DNA from: Candidatus Uhrbacteria bacterium
Lineage (GTDB): Bacteria; Patescibacteriota; Patescibacteriia; UBA9934; GWF2-40-263
Length of the DNA: 64,000 nucleotides
NCBI GenBank assembly: GCA_016188425.1
Contig: JACPHX010000016.1
Span: 22,161 to 86,160, forward strand
Direction of reading: 5' to 3'
This document shows positions 62,551 to 64,000 of the stretch, piece by piece. The notes beneath the pieces were generated by a model, which saw nothing but the letters and a program-made list of their open reading frames with translations, was not told the DNA's origin and made no database searches. Position 1 is the stretch's first letter; the number at the start of each line of letters is the position of its first letter. The position numbers and the translations under genes are program-made.

Positions 62551-63309
62551 ATGGATATTCAACCACCCAAACCAGTTTTCGACAGCCTGCCGCCTAAGAC
62601 AGCTTTTATCATCGGATTCGTCAGTGCGGTCCTCACATTGGGAACCATAGGGTTCGTAGCCCTGGGTTCCTGTGTCCTCAAAGACGGATGCTCTTTTGGG
62701 AGCAGTGCGGTCGCGGCAGTACCGACTCCATCTCCCACCCCCTCCGCCCCTACCCCGGCCCCAGAACCAGTCGGCAACCCGGCTGCCGTCACGGATGCCG
62801 ACCATATCCGCGGGGATAAAAAGGCAAAAATAACCCTCATTGAATACTCTGATTTCCAATGCCCATTCTGCGGTCGCTTTGCCCCAACCGCCGATCAAAT
62901 TCTTAAGGACTACGCAGGAAAGGTAAAAATGGTGTACCGCCACTTCCCCTTGAGCTTCCACCCCAACGCCGAACCGGCTGCGGAGGCGTCCGAGTGTGCT
63001 GATGAACAAGGAAAATTCTGGGAATTCCACGATAAAATGTTCCAGAACCAGGAGGGATTGACCGCCGACTACTTCAAAAAAGTCGCCGCCGACCTCGGCC
63101 TCAACGCCACCAAGTTCCAGGCCTGCCTCGACTCCGACAAAATGCTCGCCAAAGTCCGCGCCCAGCAGCAAGAAGGCGGCACCGCCGGCGTTACAGGAAC
63201 ACCTGGCTCCTTCCTTGTTGACGACAAGGGCCGCATCCAGTCCATCCGCGGCGCGCTCCCATTTGAGAGCATCAAGCCGATGATCGACCAGATGCTGCAG
63301 CAGAACTAG
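62551..63309 (+). CDS. DsbA-family thiol:disulfide oxidoreductase (membrane-anchored, CPFC active site)
   Basis: N-terminal TM anchor, Pro/Thr-rich linker, and thioredoxin fold with FQCPFCGRF. Confidence 0.8.
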   Translation: MDIQPPKPVFDSLPPKTAFIIGFVSAVLTLGTIGFVALGSCVLKDGCSFGSSAVAAVPTPSPTPSAPTPAPEPVGNPAAVTDADHIRGDKKAKITLIEYSDFQCPFCGRFAPTADQILKDYAGKVKMVYRHFPLSFHPNAEPAAEASECADEQGKFWEFHDKMFQNQEGLTADYFKKVAADLGLNATKFQACLDSDKMLAKVRAQQQEGGTAGVTGTPGSFLVDDKGRIQSIRGALPFESIKPMIDQMLQQN

Positions 63310-63383
63310 AACGATTTGAACAATACCCTCTAATAATAGAGGGTATTTTCTTTTTGTGCCTCTGTGTTATCTTGGCTCGCACT

Positions 63384-64000
63384 ATGCAAATCCAGCCCAT
63401 CCGATGTCCGCTTTTCAAGGAAAATGGATCGCTCGAAACCTACATTTCCAAAATCATCCCTGTTTTGCGCAACAGCGACATTCTCGTCATCACCTCCAAA
63501 ATCGTCGCTCTCTCCCAAGGCCGGATCGTCGAGAATGGCCCAGGACGCAAATCAAACGTCATTCGGGAGGAAAGCGAGCAGGTAATCAAAACCAAATGGT
63601 GTTACCTCACCCTCAAAGACGGCCACTGGTGCCCAAACGCCGGCGTCGATGAGTCCAACGCCCGCGGGAAACTCATCCTCTGGCCGACAGATTCATATCT
63701 AGTCGCCGCCGAGATGAGAAAAACGCTCATGAAAAAATTCAAACTCAAGAAACTAGGCATCCTCATCACCGACAGCCGCACATTCCCCCTCCGATCCGGT
63801 GTGACGGGAGTGGCACTTGGATACGCAGGGTTCAAGGGGCTCCGAGACTATCGAGGAAAACGCGATCTCTTCAAAAGAAAACTCATCATGACCCAGACCA
63901 ACGTCGCGGACTCGCTTGCGACCGCGGCGGTTCTGCTGATGGGAGAAGGAAATGAGCGGCAGCCGCTTTGTCTCATAAAGGAGGCGCCGGTGGTGTTCAC
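63384..64000 (+). CDS. CofE-like (F420-0:gamma-glutamyl ligase family) protein, 3'-truncated by the window end
   Basis: Manual translation from ATG 63384: MQIQPIRCPLFKENGSLETYISKIIPVLRNSDILVITSKIVALSQGRIV...LGILITDSRTFPLRSGVTGVALGYAGF... with a CofE-type ILVITSKIV..QGR motif. Absent from the ORF track because there is no in-window stop. Confidence 0.5.
   Translation, partial: MQIQPIRCPLFKENGSLETYISKIIPVLRNSDILVITSKIVALSQGRIVENGPGRKSNVIREESEQVIKTKWCYLTLKDGHWCPNAGVDESNARGKLILWPTDSYLVAAEMRKTLMKKFKLKKLGILITDSRTFPLRSGVTGVALGYAGFKGLRDYRGKRDLFKRKLIMTQTNVADSLATAAVLLMGEGNERQPLCLIKEAPVVF

Overview
The window is a 64-kb bacterial chromosomal segment of moderately high GC (roughly 57-60%). It carries a conserved housekeeping backbone: ftsK, a RodZ-like HTH protein, recA, efp with an adjacent epmA (EF-P lysyl ligase), the rpsF-ssb-rpsR operon, murI, ychF, rmuC, rpsT divergent from holA, polA, a ccdA/thioredoxin pair, prs, xerC/D-like, dsbA-like, and a 3'-truncated CofE-like ligase. 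There are five tRNA genes: Ala-GGC, Ala-CGC, Arg-CCT, His-GTG and Arg-TCT. The taxon cannot be fixed from sequence alone. Giant surface proteins, frequent absence of Shine-Dalgarno sites and an O-antigen-ligase/TPR protein are compatible with an uncultivated lineage (for example CPR-like), but this is inference. The dominant accessory content is a ~22-kb run of seven same-strand genes (10755-32515, minus strand) encoding secreted or membrane-anchored proteins. These are a 1587-aa FG-GAP repeat protein, a 1382-aa FN3/Cys-rich-repeat/multi-TM protein, a 3211-aa repeat giant, a DUF916/DUF3324-like C-terminally anchored protein, and two small secreted proteins. A second 2405-aa paralogous giant lies at 39697-46914. 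The two giants share a 684-bp near-identical tract, apparently homogenised by gene conversion, and contain several internal tandem duplications. The second giant and an O-antigen-ligase/TPR gene are bracketed by two convergent tRNA-Ala genes with conserved ~140-nt structured 3' trailers. Other notable features: at least three families of short GC-rich palindromic elements, some inserted in-frame into ftsK, polA and the C-terminus of a giant gene; a RelE/Phd-type TA pair; and a single gene (53140-54402) with strongly deviant codon usage (GC3 ~80%, Lys all AAG) encoding a lysine-rich-tailed protein of unknown function, likely horizontally acquired. No CRISPR array, rRNA or obvious prophage was seen.
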